Translations under genes and position numbers: made by a program
From: Schmidtea nova
Taxonomy: Eukaryota
Assembly: GCA_044892505.1 (NCBI GenBank)
Contig: CM097882.1
Coordinates: forward strand, 365,118,001-365,170,923
Length of the DNA: 52,923 nucleotides
Direction of reading: 5' to 3'
Notes under the pieces: generated by a model
Told to the model about the DNA's origin: nothing
The model's input: the letters and a program-made list of their open reading frames with translations, nothing else
The model's database searches: none
In this document: positions 22,132-34,224 of the stretch, piece by piece
Position numbering within the stretch: the stretch's first letter is position 1
How the letters are laid out: each line of letters begins with the position of its first letter

Positions 22132-23223
22132 ATGAACAATCCAAGTAATACCGGAAATGGCAATGACTATGCTAGTTGCCAAGAGTTACCAGTCAATCAA
22201 TATGGAGGAAATCCGATGGAATTCGTTGACTTTATGGCGGATTACTACATGTACGCCACAGCCTATGGATGGAGTCAATCAGTAATGGTACAAAGACTTC
22301 CATTATACTTAAAAGGAGCGGCCAGAGGAGCATGGCAGCAGATAGATATTAAAAGAATTGAAAATGATTGGAATAAATTAAATGATGCGATTGAAGACAA
22401 ACTAGTATGCAAAGAAGTTAAAAGAATTATGAGGAGTAAATTTTATAAAAGAAAACAAAGATACGATGAATCTGTTATTCAGTTTGGATATGCTTTAACT
22501 TCTTTAGCAAAAAAGGCATTTGGTTCCAATTCAGTTTATGATGATAATGTTCAAAATATTATTATTGATAAATTTTTGGAGGGTATTAATGATAATCTAA
22601 AAATAGCATTTTCTGTAATTGATTATGAGGACATATATGATTTAATGCATAAAACATTAAACATTGAATTAAAAATTGCTGATTATAATACATCCACAAA
22701 TGATAATGATCGATGTTTTAAACAAAACAATAATGATTGTAATCTTAAATCAAAATGTAATTGTGCAAATATGACAATGTATAACAGTAACCAAAATGCT
22801 TTTAATGCTTCAAGTTCTTTAGAACCTTTTAATATTGAATTAAACGCTTGTTTAGGTAATGAGTTTCGTTATGGTCAAGAAAGTAAATCAATAATTAATA
22901 ATTGTAATTTAAATTATGAAAGTATTGAAAATGAGTCTTGGTTAGAGGATGCAGAGTTTGAATTTAAAGGTGTTGATAGTTCTTTGGAATACGTTGTTCA
23001 AGGTATTTCGGAAATTGAAAATAATGTTGAGAATAAAATATGTTATAATGAGATAAATGATGATTTTTATTTTAGTAATTGCTGTGTTACCAGCCAACTC
23101 TTTGTAGTGAGGGAAGATGAATGTTTAGATGACGATCTTAATCAATTTATTTCAATAATACCTAATCTTGAAACACTTAATGGTCATTCATTCATAGTTG
23201 TCAACGAAGTTATGCCCCTGTGA
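22132..23223 (+). CDS. gag: Retrotransposon Gag (capsid domain) with long N/E/D-rich C-terminal tail, 363 aa, intact
   Basis: YGGNP.EF.DF...Y.TAYGWS...LPLYLKGAARGAW; KQRYDESVIQFGYALTSLAKKAF (MHR-like); IIDKFLEGI. First ATG at 22132. Confidence 0.87.
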   Translation: MNNPSNTGNGNDYASCQELPVNQYGGNPMEFVDFMADYYMYATAYGWSQSVMVQRLPLYLKGAARGAWQQIDIKRIENDWNKLNDAIEDKLVCKEVKRIMRSKFYKRKQRYDESVIQFGYALTSLAKKAFGSNSVYDDNVQNIIIDKFLEGINDNLKIAFSVIDYEDIYDLMHKTLNIELKIADYNTSTNDNDRCFKQNNNDCNLKSKCNCANMTMYNSNQNAFNASSSLEPFNIELNACLGNEFRYGQESKSIINNCNLNYESIENESWLEDAEFEFKGVDSSLEYVVQGISEIENNVENKICYNEINDDFYFSNCCVTSQLFVVREDECLDDDLNQFISIIPNLETLNGHSFIVVNEVMPL

Positions 23224-24603
23224 GTTCATTACTATTACAGAATGTGCTGTTCACTTGAACTTTCTAAATTCTAAAACTGATGTTATGTCAATGACCAAAA
23301 GCAGTATAATTACATATAACATTGAAGATGTAGTTACAAAGATCTAAGATGAATATGAATATAAAGTGCCAAGAAGATTTTCTGTTAAAAATGATATCAT
23401 ATTTAAAAATCAATATATTATTTATGTGTTGCTAAAATTGATATGGGCACGATTAAGCTTTTATGAACATAAAGATATAGAGAAAAGAATCACATGTATT
23501 AAAGATGATATTCTTCTTCCGATGACCTGCTACATCGCCATTATATATTTGAATTGTGGAAACCATATTGGATGCGATGGAGAATTAAACGTTAAATGTG
23601 AGTTTGTATGTATATATGTATATATTTGATTACAAAAAGTAAATGCCTAAGACAGTGTTAAATATTAGGCATCAATTCTTCCGAGTAGTGACGGTTAATT
23701 CTTTCATGAAGAAGGTTTTAATAATTTTAAATTTTTAATATTAGACGTCTTTCACTATTTATGGCTATTAGAAAAATTTTAAATGGGGGAAATTAGTAAT
23801 TTATTGTCGATAGTGTAAAGTTGAACATATTTTATGTGAACAAAAATTTTGGTTCTCCGCACTTTTCAACGGTACAAAGGTTTTAGTCATTTGAAGGGTG
23901 AGAATAAAAAATTGTTCGAAGCAAATTTTAATACAATACTCCAAATGTACTTAGAAAGCAGATTGCGAAAAAACCGCCAAATTATCTTTTAAATTCAAGG
24001 GTTTCCAATGGTAGCGATTTTGAAGTTTTTTGAAGATACAAGGGTAAAAAAAACTATCTCAACAAACTTTTGATATTTTGTGGAGAATGATGAACCGAAC
24101 AAAATTGTCCATAGAACTAGGGTCGTATCTTGCCAAGTTTCGAAGATATAAGCGGTCAAAACCTTGGCCAAAAATTTTATTTTTTGATATGTTGTAGAGA
24201 CAAATGAGATGAACAAAGTTGACTAAAGAACTAGTATCATCCAAGTTTAGGATGAAAAGTTACGAAGGGTCAAAACCTTCAAATTTTCAAAAATTTCAAT
24301 TATTTGAGACAAAATTACGGAAATTGAAAGGGGTTTTGATGTATTATTATTTCTTTAGTTATTATATTGTAAATTTAGTATTTATTTGGACATTTCATAC
24401 TGTAAATGTTTCCAATCTCGAAATTCAAACAAAAAATGACATTTCTGTATGTTTTGAAAATGACAATTTATATTTTTAGTGATGACAGTAGAATTGCGAG
24501 CAAAATGTGATACAAAATAACTCTGAGGATCCAACAGCACAAAAGATAATGCAAACAAGGTAGTGTAAATCTATTAAAACAATTTCGAGGACGAAATTTC
24601 TTT

Positions 24604-24617
24604 AAAGGGGTGAGGTA
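24604..24617 (+). promoter_or_regulatory. Polypurine tract
   Basis: aaaggggtgaggta immediately before the LTR start TGTTTGGG. Confidence 0.65.
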
Positions 24618-25425
24618 TGTTTGGGTTGTTAAATAAATAGAAAATTAAAATTAAAAAGCAAAAAACTATGTGCAAATCGATAAAATACGAAATTTGGAAA
24701 AATAATTAATTAAAATGCAAACGTTAATTAAAAATTTATAAAATTCAAAAATAAAGATTTAGAGGGGGAAATTGGTATGGGAGGATGCCAAATGATGAGA
24801 CAAATTCAGATATTGGCATATAAAATTAATGGGGGGTCCCCAGAAGAAAAGAATCAACAAATTAAAATATTAATTAATAATTAATTGGCTAATGGAAAGC
24901 CCGAGCAAATGGGAAACCCGAGACAATGGAGAACCCGGAGAGTGTGGGAAACCCGGACAAGCAATATGACAGGTAATAATTCCTGAGAAAAATAACTTTG
25001 GAGGAGACCCGGAGAGTAACCGACAGATGGAAAATTAAAACGTCAAATCGTAAAGTACCATTTGACAGTTGCAGCGAAGTGGGAAACCATCACCAGAAAC
25101 AGTATAAAAGGGAACGACAAATACTAAAGTTTGCCAGAATGGTCGAAGCAAAAGTGAGTGAATTCAGCAAGTGAGGAGTTAAGAGCGATATTTGAAAAGT
25201 TCCAAACCAAATTTATTATTCCAGCGTACCAGAAAGGGAGATCTTCCTTGGGGAGACTTATCCCTACGCGAAGTCGGAGAAGCAGTGATAAAAGTTATTG
25301 TGAAATTTTAAAGAGACTTAGTGTGTCAAAAAGTGTGATTGTTACAAATAAATTCTTCTGTGTTGGGTTATTTTATTGAATCAAATTTAAAGAACACCGA
25401 GGAGTCAGACTAACAGCACCGACTA
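24618..25425 (+). repeat. 3' LTR (end hidden in N gap)
   Basis: Starts TG; near-identical to the 5' LTR. Confidence 0.92.
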
Positions 25426-26575
25426 NNNNNNNNNNNNNNNNNNNNNNNNNNNNNNNNNNNNNNNNNNNNNNNNNNNNNNNNNNNNNNNNNNNNNNNNNNN
25501 NNNNNNNNNNNNNNNNNNNNNNNNNNNNNNNNNNNNNNNNNNNNNNNNNNNNNNNNNNNNNNNNNNNNNNNNNNNNNNNNNNNNNNNNNNNNNNNNNNNN
25601 NNNNNNNNNNNNNNNNNNNNNNNNNNNNNNNNNNNNNNNNNNNNNNNNNNNNNNNNNNNNNNNNNNNNNNNNNNNNNNNNNNNNNNNNNNNNNNNNNNNN
25701 NNNNNNNNNNNNNNNNNNNNNNNNNNNNNNNNNNNNNNNNNNNNNNNNNNNNNNNNNNNNNNNNNNNNNNNNNNNNNNNNNNNNNNNNNNNNNNNNNNNN
25801 NNNNNNNNNNNNNNNNNNNNNNNNNNNNNNNNNNNNNNNNNNNNNNNNNNNNNNNNNNNNNNNNNNNNNNNNNNNNNNNNNNNNNNNNNNNNNNNNNNNN
25901 NNNNNNNNNNNNNNNNNNNNNNNNNNNNNNNNNNNNNNNNNNNNNNNNNNNNNNNNNNNNNNNNNNNNNNNNNNNNNNNNNNNNNNNNNNNNNNNNNNNN
26001 NNNNNNNNNNNNNNNNNNNNNNNNNNNNNNNNNNNNNNNNNNNNNNNNNNNNNNNNNNNNNNNNNNNNNNNNNNNNNNNNNNNNNTTTTAATTTACATGG
26101 AATTTTAATTTTATTGTAATTTTCAACATTAATCTTCTTCCCAAAGATATTTATAAAATTTTCTTTGTTTTACATTTTTTTCCGATAATTGATGAAACAA
26201 ATTAATTTTTTCAATTCATCACAAATTTTTCACAAATAATTTTTAATTTATAATCAGCCATATTTTTAAAAGAATGCTAGATTAGTTATGTTATCAATAA
26301 GTTTTTAACACTAAAAGAATAAAAATAATGGTAAAAAAATAAATAAAAGTAACCAAATGGGTAAATGAAAATTTGAACTTGATTTTTCTATTTATATCCA
26401 GTGGATATTGTGTCAATTAATTTATTGTTTTATTGTATTGCAGTTCTTCAAATATTTGTATAAAAAATGTCGATCAGTTCACTGAAAGTAGATCTGACAA
26501 ATCTACTTGGCGTATGAGTTTTCGTTAACGTTAGAATTGGGAAGATATGTTTATTAAAAAAGCAAAATCCGTAAA

Positions 26576-27553
26576 TTAGACATGATATATAATCTTTTCT
26601 TTTTCAGAGCCACACAAAAAGTTTTCAAAATGTTTTACATGTGTAATGAAGTCTGAGTAAATCAAAGTACCAAACAAAACAATTCCAACAGAAATCCATT
26701 GAATTGAATTAAACATAACTCCTGAAATAAAAAGAGCCAGAATAAAGTTTAGAAATCTTCCAACAGTAAATGCCATAGCCATTGTCAAACTGTTGCTAGT
26801 GGATATTATTTGAAAATTGTATCGCATGAAGCCATACTGACCGAGTACATTTATCACATAAACCGTCCATAATGGGATCATGAATGGACATGATTCTATC
26901 CACTTGATCTCTATCAATGACAGCATTGAGGCCAATTTGAATTCTTGAAATATTTGCTGGTACATTGTAAGAAAGGGTACCAATGCCAGAACATGAACAT
27001 AAAAAGTATATTCACTGGTATGTTGTCCATATATAGTGAATGTCTTTTCAGCTTGGACTTGCAAAATGGTCATCAAGACCAGTGATATGGCTAATAACAT
27101 CATTCCGTACATCATAGTAGTGGAGACTGAGTTCACAGCAAATGACTGGTCGTTTACAATGATTAAAACGATTCCTGTTGTTAACAGAAAGGCAGATAGA
27201 TATTTATTTATGCCATATTTAATTTTTAGAAACAACCGTCCAATAATTACATTCAATAACAATGAACTGGATCTAAGAATATTTTGTAAAGGAATGGAGA
27301 TTTGATATGACAAACAGCGGTTAGCAAAAAGATTACCAAGAAAAAACAAAATCATATTTTTCATATATTCTTTAATGGGAATTTTCGGTTTTGAGAATCC
27401 CTTTGAATGGAGCAAGAAAAATTGTAAACAAGAAATGCCGAAGAAATGCAAAAATGTCAACAGAAATGTGCATTTGTTGCAGGATTTCAGGATCAAAGTC
27501 AAAGTAATACAATTTGTTATACTACACGCTGTTGTTATTATGACGGATTTCAT
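26576..27553 (-). CDS. SLC35B4: SLC35B4/YEA4-like nucleotide-sugar transporter, paralogue 2, intronless
   Basis: 325-aa multi-TM ORF; SIPLQNILRSSSLLLNVIIG; LFGTLIYS. Family-level assignment. Confidence 0.85.
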   Translation of the reverse strand: MKSVIITTACSITNCITLTLILKSCNKCTFLLTFLHFFGISCLQFFLLHSKGFSKPKIPIKEYMKNMILFFLGNLFANRCLSYQISIPLQNILRSSSLLLNVIIGRLFLKIKYGINKYLSAFLLTTGIVLIIVNDQSFAVNSVSTTMMYGMMLLAISLVLMTILQVQAEKTFTIYGQHTSEYTFYVHVLALVPFLTMYQQIFQEFKLASMLSLIEIKWIESCPFMIPLWTVYVINVLGQYGFMRYNFQIISTSNSLTMAMAFTVGRFLNFILALFISGVMFNSIQWISVGIVLFGTLIYSDFITHVKHFENFLCGSEKEKIIYHV

Positions 27554-27854
27554 TGAGCTTTTTCGGATTGGTAAAAAAATTAAATATAACTTTCAAACTA
27601 TAAAAACAAAATAATCTCCAATTATGCAATTTAAACACAAATTTAAGCTATTTACGGAAATATTATTAAATTAACTGAAAATTTTTCAGAAATGTTTCTT
27701 AAGTAGACTAGTGATGGATAAAGATCACAATTTGTGAAATATATTTCTTTAACTCACAATCATTTTGGTCTATCAGCCTTGAACCACTATTCATTTAATT
27801 AACATTTCTTATCTGATCTTCTCGTTTCTTTCAGAATTTATAGTTTTTTTTACA

Positions 27855-28175
27855 AAGACTATAGACTAAACTTTTTACAAAGATAAACAAATTCTCTTAC
27901 ATCCTTTTTAAGTGTTTATTTCCACTAAATACACACTCGATAAAAGTTGCGCCAAAGATTTGTGTACTTTCTTAAAAGAAATCTTTTGATCTATAGCAGC
28001 GGTTTTTAAAGTGGGGTCCATGGTCACCTAAGAGACCGCGAAAAACGAACGCATATTTATTTATATTTTATAACTGACTAAAGGGGCCCACGAAATGTCG
28101 AACAATTTTTAGAGGGACACCCACGCAGGAAATTTTAAAAATTTTTGAGAACCGCTGATCTATAGTCTTCATAAA
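27855..28175. repeat. Diverged Penelope 3'-end fold-back repeat, interrupted by a MITE
   Basis: Plus arm aaatacacactcgataaaagttgcgccaaagatttgtg...ttttgatctatag parallels 13796-13870; a minus-arm-like gactatagactaaactt...ataaacaa lies near 27857. Confidence 0.6.
27997..28157. mobile_element. hAT (Charlie/Buster-like) MITE, 161 bp
   Basis: TIRs CAGCGGTTtTtAA / TTGAGAACCGCTG; perfect 8-bp TSD atctatag (27989-27996, 28158-28165). Confidence 0.9.
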
Positions 28176-28349
28176 AAATAAATATTCCTTTCACATTTTG
28201 TGCAATACATTTCTCGCAAATTTAATTTAATTTTTTCATTATTTCTTCAAAAATCATCAAAAACAATGAAAATTAATGAAATAGAAAGATCAAAAGTGAA
28301 CAAAAATAAATAATTCCGATGGTAATTTTATTTTAATCCATTTCAATTT

Positions 28350-28715
28350 TTTTTATTTTCAAAAATGTTTAAGGTTTTCTATATTCACGATGTAATTCTT
28401 CAGCCAACTCAGCATCATTTTATAGCTCGCCACCAAATACAATTTTTGCTTTTATGGCAGCCTTAACAAGGAATAGATTGATGCGTTCTCTCAATGTTGG
28501 ATTTTGAATTTCATTTACATATTGTATCATATCAATATCAGCTTTTTGTCTAGCTCGAATATCAGGATCTTTATAGGTAATATTTGTTGGTTCTTCTCCA
28601 GATTTTGATTAGTTATCTTCATATAATCCTAATCACGTGCCAGAGCCTGTAAATGATGTTCACTTTCGTATTTACTCCAGGGGAAATTGAGCAATTTTGA
28701 ACTCATTGTCTGAAG
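28350..28715 (-). pseudogene. Polinton-type parvovirus-like PLA2 domain followed in frame by an integrase N-terminus, decayed
   Basis: FTGSGT*LG...SGEEPTN-ITY...RARQKADIDM...PTLRERINLFLVKAAIKAKIVFGGEL*NDAELAEELHREYRKP; the HD catalytic segment is absent. Confidence 0.65.
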
Positions 28716-29573
28716 ATCGCCTGTTTTCTCACTTTATTTCCTTATTCTTTCATGGCGAGTTTTTAGAGTTTTATAAACTTTACAATTACAATCTTTATAA
28801 ATATATTTATCCATTTCTATTATATTTAAGATAAAAATAAAAAACAATGGTGATAAAAAGGAAGAAAAAATGGAAAAAAGGTGATTAAACGTGATAAAAA
28901 AAGAAAATGGTGACTTAAATGATTAGTCAACCACTACCCCCCTTCTTCTCAATATTTTCTATAATTTTTGCAAATTTATTATGATTTCCTGCTCTCTGCT
29001 GTAATATTGCTTGGATATTATTAAGCAATGTATTTTTATTTAAATCTATTTCCCCTTTATTTTATTAACTGTTTCCTTTAAAGTTGGCTCTATAAATTCA
29101 GTATAAAATCGTAACATAAATGGGTTAAATTTTTTATATTTTTTAACTCTTTTATGTTCCAATTTCTGTTTGTTTTCTTGTCAAACTTTGGATCGATTTT
29201 ACACCCACTTCCCGATATCCAATCGATCTGAAAATTTGCGAGCAGGCTTGTGGTGGCCCACAAATTATTCCATTGAAAAATTGAAAAATTTTGAAAAATT
29301 TTGAAAAATGTGATTTTTCAATTTACTGTTGCCAAGAAACTACCAAACAATGAAACAACAATAAAATTAACCGAGAACATGAGAAAAAGAAAGAGTTACA
29401 TTAAAAACTTGTTTTTATGGGTTCCTTTTTTGAAATTAAGAAAACTATTAATTAAAATCAATTAATAAATAAATTTTTAAAATTGACAGGAATTAAATTT
29501 TTTCCCTTGGGGGAATTTTAATTCTATTCCGGTAATTTAATATAACTATGACAAGTTAATGGCTGGTACTCAG

Positions 29574-29609
<36 letters not shown>

Positions 29610-29639
29610 GTATTGCTACATTTACAACAAATTCCTACC

Positions 29640-29950
29640 TCAGCCATTTATTGTAAATTTTGATGACAAACCATTGTAAAATTTCTCTAGAATATTTGCT
29701 TTCGCTTCTCCTATTCTATTTCTAATTTGTATGCTCTGGGTATTGGTAAAAAAGGGAGTCATCTTAGAACATAAACTTATATTATCTATCTGTACTGTAG
29801 ATGATCCAAGTTTTCGAAGTTTAACAATCACTGTGAGATTGAATTTTTAACCTTGGGGCTGTAGTAATAACTCTATAATCGGAGGAGTCATCTCATCTAC
29901 GAAACGTGTCATATCATTTTCAAGTCGATGACTGTGTGGCAAATTAGCTT
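29640..29950 (-). pseudogene. Possible pPolB N-terminal fragment of a second Polinton
   Basis: KFNLTVIVK...FFTNTQSI...EKF...FTING*G resembles the 14.3-14.56 kb segment (KIQFTL...FTQMGNGW). Confidence 0.4.
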
Positions 29951-31049
29951 TATAATATTTAAACTTAGTTACTTCTTTATAATTATTCTAATTTTGGAAT
30001 ATCATTTATTTCTACAAGTTCTTTCATTAAATTTTTGAATTTATTGAGAGCATCTAATTATTGTTTAAAACGTTTTTTTTCATATTTTAAAAACACAAAA
30101 TTTAAAAAATCAAAATATTCTCAAAAACAAACATAATTATTCCAAAAAACACAATTCCAACATGCAACACCCAGTTAATTAAACACATAAAAATATCCGT
30201 GGAACAAGCAACTTGAGCATTTTTAATTTGATTTTTAATTTTAATAAAAAATTAAATTTTTATGTTTTTTTTAAAAAACATGTTTATATATTTTTTTAAA
30301 TTTAAAAATTTTATGTGTAAAGCTTTATTTTAGAAATGAATTTTGATATAAGTTGAAGATGATTATTATTGATTAATTTGTTGAAATATTTTGTATTTAT
30401 TATTGATTATCATTATTGCAGGCCTGAAGAAACCGGTTATTCGGTAAAATAAATTGCGTTTATGTGGAATGTAATTAATTGGCGCTTCTCGATTATTAAA
30501 TCATTCCCGTATTTTGTTGATTATTAATAAAATTTATTTGAGAAATTAAAAATTTGCTTTGAATTTTTAAAATTATTTATTTAATACTTGTATGTGTAAT
30601 ACTTTAATACATGATTGAAAAGTTATTCATAATTTTTATAAGTAGTTTTTATTAATAGAAAAGTTATCCACAATTTTATGAATAGGTAGAATATTTATGT
30701 TCAAGATCATTATAATAGAATAAATGAAATTTCGGTAGATCATCTACACAACCTAAATGAGGAACTACCTAGCTACAGCGCCCATATTATCTGTCATTAT
30801 AGATGCGAGAGTTGTATGTATAGAACACAATCCAATCAAAAAAATTTGATGACTCAAATGAAAAGAAGATTAAACCAATCGTCAAGCCCTTTCAGGTGTT
30901 TCATGAACATCAAATCTTTTTCTTCGAAAAACAAATTTAATTCAAATTCAGCAATCCAGTCAAATTAGTCAAGTTGCATTATTCAAACTTGATTGGGAAA
31001 TTATTTAATCAAGATGTTAGTCGTGGGTTGTTGACCGTCGATATGACCT

Positions 31050-31800
31050 TGACGTTACTATGCCTCACATTAATAACTCAATACATAAAACAATAATTGG
31101 CCATCTTAATGCTTGCTATAGTGTAACGTTGGCAAATCAAAAATTGGATAGACATCCACAATTAGTGAGCGTAGAAAAATTCGATACAATGATTTACCGA
31201 ATGTCAGGGTGGGTTCTAGAGCGACCGATGGAAAGTTCTTTTCCCACTTTAGTCCCAAATTAGTTAGGTAATCTATAACTATTCATTAGGATCTTTAGAA
31301 AAATTAGGATCTTTAACTTTAGAAAAATTAACTTGAAGTGAACGTAATGGTTTTCTTCTAAATTAATAAATAACAGCAAACAAAAATAATCAATTACATC
31401 AGTACCAATTTTTTTAATATATCCAAATTTGATCATTACAAGCAACAAAACATCAGCCAGCTCTGCGTACTATTCAAGAATTATGTTCAAATGTATGTAC
31501 AACAACCACAGGGAGATCTTTGTTCAAGAATAATTTGAAGTTTCCAAGGTGTTCGAAAAGTTACTCCGGCTTGTCATTCCCCTAACCCTCAATCAAATGG
31601 GGTGTTGACTTAATAGATCAACGGCGTTTTAAACAATATATCACTTTCAATTTTACTCATAAAAGCATTAATTCTATAGAAAAATAATATCAATTATCCA
31701 ATTTAACCGTTATGCGCTACATTACCCAAAGACGCAAACAACTTTCATGCATTCATTTCGTTTGTAATATTATTTTCAAAAAATATTTTTGCGACCCAAA
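31050..31800 (+). pseudogene. Highly decayed Gypsy integrase fragment
   Basis: IHKTIIGHL (HH zinc motif-like); GVRKV...PNPQSNGVL...NGVL (PQSNG..ER motif, broken). Confidence 0.5.
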
Positions 31801-32189
31801 CTCAAGACGCTGTTGACGTTAGAAACATCTACTACCCAGTGATAATCGATTCCAAAAGCCACCGAACCTTAGCAGTGCTTATTACTATTATAGATAAAAT
31901 TTAGTTTTAGAATATATTTAAATTAAAGGGAAATTCTATTTGAATATGGATCGCAGCGAAGTAAGTTAAGTTAAGGAAATTAATAAATTATTCTAATTTT
32001 AAGTTAAAATAAAATTAGTCTAAATTTTAAAATTCAACCGAGGCTATAGTAACCGGCAACGGTCATCGTTCGGTAAATTTCTATAACTAGGACCATTAAA
32101 TTTCCTCTTAAAATTTTATAAGAATAGTGAAATTCATTAAGAATTTAAATTATATTAGTGTTGAGGATACTTAAATAATAAATAATATT

Positions 32190-32630
32190 ATAAATAATTG
32201 GAATAACTCGGAGGAAACCGATAGATGATTGAGCTAACATTCTGGAACTTAAGGAAGAAAACGTAAAAGCATAAAATGGAAAATAATAGAAATAAAACAA
32301 TAAAACAGAGATAGGTCACTTATAATTAATAAGTGCAAGAAAACAACATATACTTCCAGAATTGGTTAAACAAAAACAAAAACAAAACCGGTATCTTCAA
32401 TCTGTCAAAGATAACATGGGAGCTGGGAAAACATGGGGAAATGCCAGCGACAAAAAGGACAAAAGTAAACTGTAACGAGCGTCGAACGGCTAGAAGCAAT
32501 ACGGGAGCAAAAAGTAAATTACCACAAGTGTTGGAGATTGGCAAACTATAAAAAGGGAGAGATAACAGTATTCGACAGAAGTTTTGCCGAGAAGTTTTGA
32601 GAGGAAAATTGTGGAGAAGATGTATATCAT
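32190..32630 (+). repeat. Partial LTR-like sequence
   Basis: Purine-rich plus strand with ctataaaaagggaga...gttttgccgagaag resembling the TATA/R region of the 21-kb LTR (gtataaaagggaac...gtttgccagaa). Confidence 0.3.
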
Positions 32631-33187
32631 ATATATATATCAAATATTTCTTGTTGCTTTCGTTAACACGTTAAACAAATTATTCTGGAATGAATTTCTC
32701 AAATTCTTCCAAAATTAAAATTAACGATTTTAGGGGGAAATAAATTATTATTTTGTGTAAAATTTTAAAACATTTAAATAATTTTTTGAAATCAAAAGTT
32801 TTTATTTTAAATTAAAGTTTTATACTAATTTAGTTAAATTTGTTAAATTTTTATTGGAAATCAATTTTCTTTTGTACTTTATCAGTTTTTAAGATAAAAC
32901 TCGAAATATTCTTTCCGAAAGTATTAAATATTTTAATTTTTAAACGTGTTTTATTTAATTTTTTCTGTGTTATGTTACTACTTTGCTTAATTGATTTTTT
33001 TAATGATAAAATTTAGGTTTACTTCTTGTGCGCTCTCTACCGATTTAGTAAAACAAATTCCAGTTTTTGCCCAACATTAGTGTCAACATAAACTTTGTGA
33101 TAATCAATAAAAACTTGAAGTGCAAAGAAAATATATTCATTAATAATCAGAAAACACGTTTTATGATGCCTTTCAAACACTAGAATA

Positions 33188-34040
33188 TGTTGGGGTTGTG
33201 AAAATCACAGAAAATAAATTTAAAATTGCATAAATCAATAAAAATTGAAAAATTGAAAAAATAATAATTAATGTTCAAACATTAATTAAAAATTTATAAA
33301 AAATTAAAATAAAGTTTGAGCGGGGGAAACTGATATGGGAGGATGCCAAACAACGAGACGAATTTGAATATGGGTATATAAAATTGAAATAGGACCCCCA
33401 GAAAGATAAATTAAGAAAATACAAATTAATTAAAAATAATTAATTGTCTAATGGAAAACCCGAGCCAATGGGAAACCCGAGCTTATGGGAAACCCGAGCG
33501 ATGTGGGAAACCCGGGGCATCAACAAAATCATTTAATTATCGAAATAAATTTAATGCCCCGGGAAGAGACGAAAAACCATTAGAGGCGAAACTCAATTAG
33601 GCGGCAGTCAAACAAATTTAATTATTTCATTTTCTCCAGATCCAATTAAGCCGACATGATGACAACAAAAAGTAGTATATAAACGGAGAGCAAAGTGCCG
33701 AAATTGCCATTTGGTCAAAGTAAATTTTTCGAGGCCAGTTGGTCGAAGATAAATTTTAGGCGTAAAGTGAAGCAAACCGTTAGAAGATATTTGACGGAGA
33801 CGTTGAAAGGAAATCAAAAGTAGAATTTACACTTAATCTTTTGCGAATCAGAGAGGGAGATATCCCATTGGGTGTTCTACCCTCACGCGAAGAGTGCAGA
33901 ATCTGAGTAACTTTTTGTGATAAAAAGAGTTGTGATCATTTGAAAAATAAAGAAAGTTATTGTGTTGGGTTTTGTTTATTTTGTAATTGAAGGAGGACAC
34001 CGGAGTCAGAAACTACCGACTTAACACTAATAACCCAACA
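33188..34040 (+). mobile_element. Solo LTR (853 bp) related to the gag-only element LTRs
   Basis: TGTTGGG...CCCAACA termini; 4-bp TSD aata (33184-33187, 34041-34044); shares the ggaggatgccaaa, gggaaacccg array and ggagtcaga blocks. Confidence 0.92.
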
Positions 34041-34151
34041 AATATAATGATGAAAAAACTGGTTCATCAAGATTACAATCCAAGAATATAAAATCGATTC
34101 CAAAGAAGTTGACACCGATTTTTAGAATTGATGGTGCTAGATTAGCATTGC

Positions 34152-34224
34152 TAGTTTCTGACTCCGGTGTCCTCCTTCAATTACAAAATAAACAAAACCC
34201 AACACAATAACTTTCTTTATTTTT
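34152..34224 (-). repeat. Perfect 73-bp inverted copy of solo-LTR segment 33943-34015
   Basis: Exact reverse complement; followed by an 18-bp tandem duplication (ttagcatagaattgta). Confidence 0.9.

Larger units (their letters stand above)
20994..25425 (+). mobile_element. Gag-only (pol-less) Ty3/Gypsy-type LTR element, young; both outer ends fall in N gaps
   Basis: About 830-bp LTRs with 4 differences in about 790 aligned bp, tRNA-Trp-like PBS, PPT preceded by ttcgaggacgaaat, a single intact gag ORF, and no RT motif in the 2.8-kb interior. Confidence 0.9.

Noticed and set aside
30415-30470. Second hammerhead-like motif (CUGAAGA-A-ACCGG UUAU UCGGU-AAAA)
   Set aside because: G12 is replaced by A and no convincing stem I or III could be drawn; at best a dead relic of another Penelope-type end.
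31190-31225. SGWVLE as a pPolB GSGW motif
   Set aside because: Surrounding sequence fits decayed gypsy integrase better; a single short motif is not enough.
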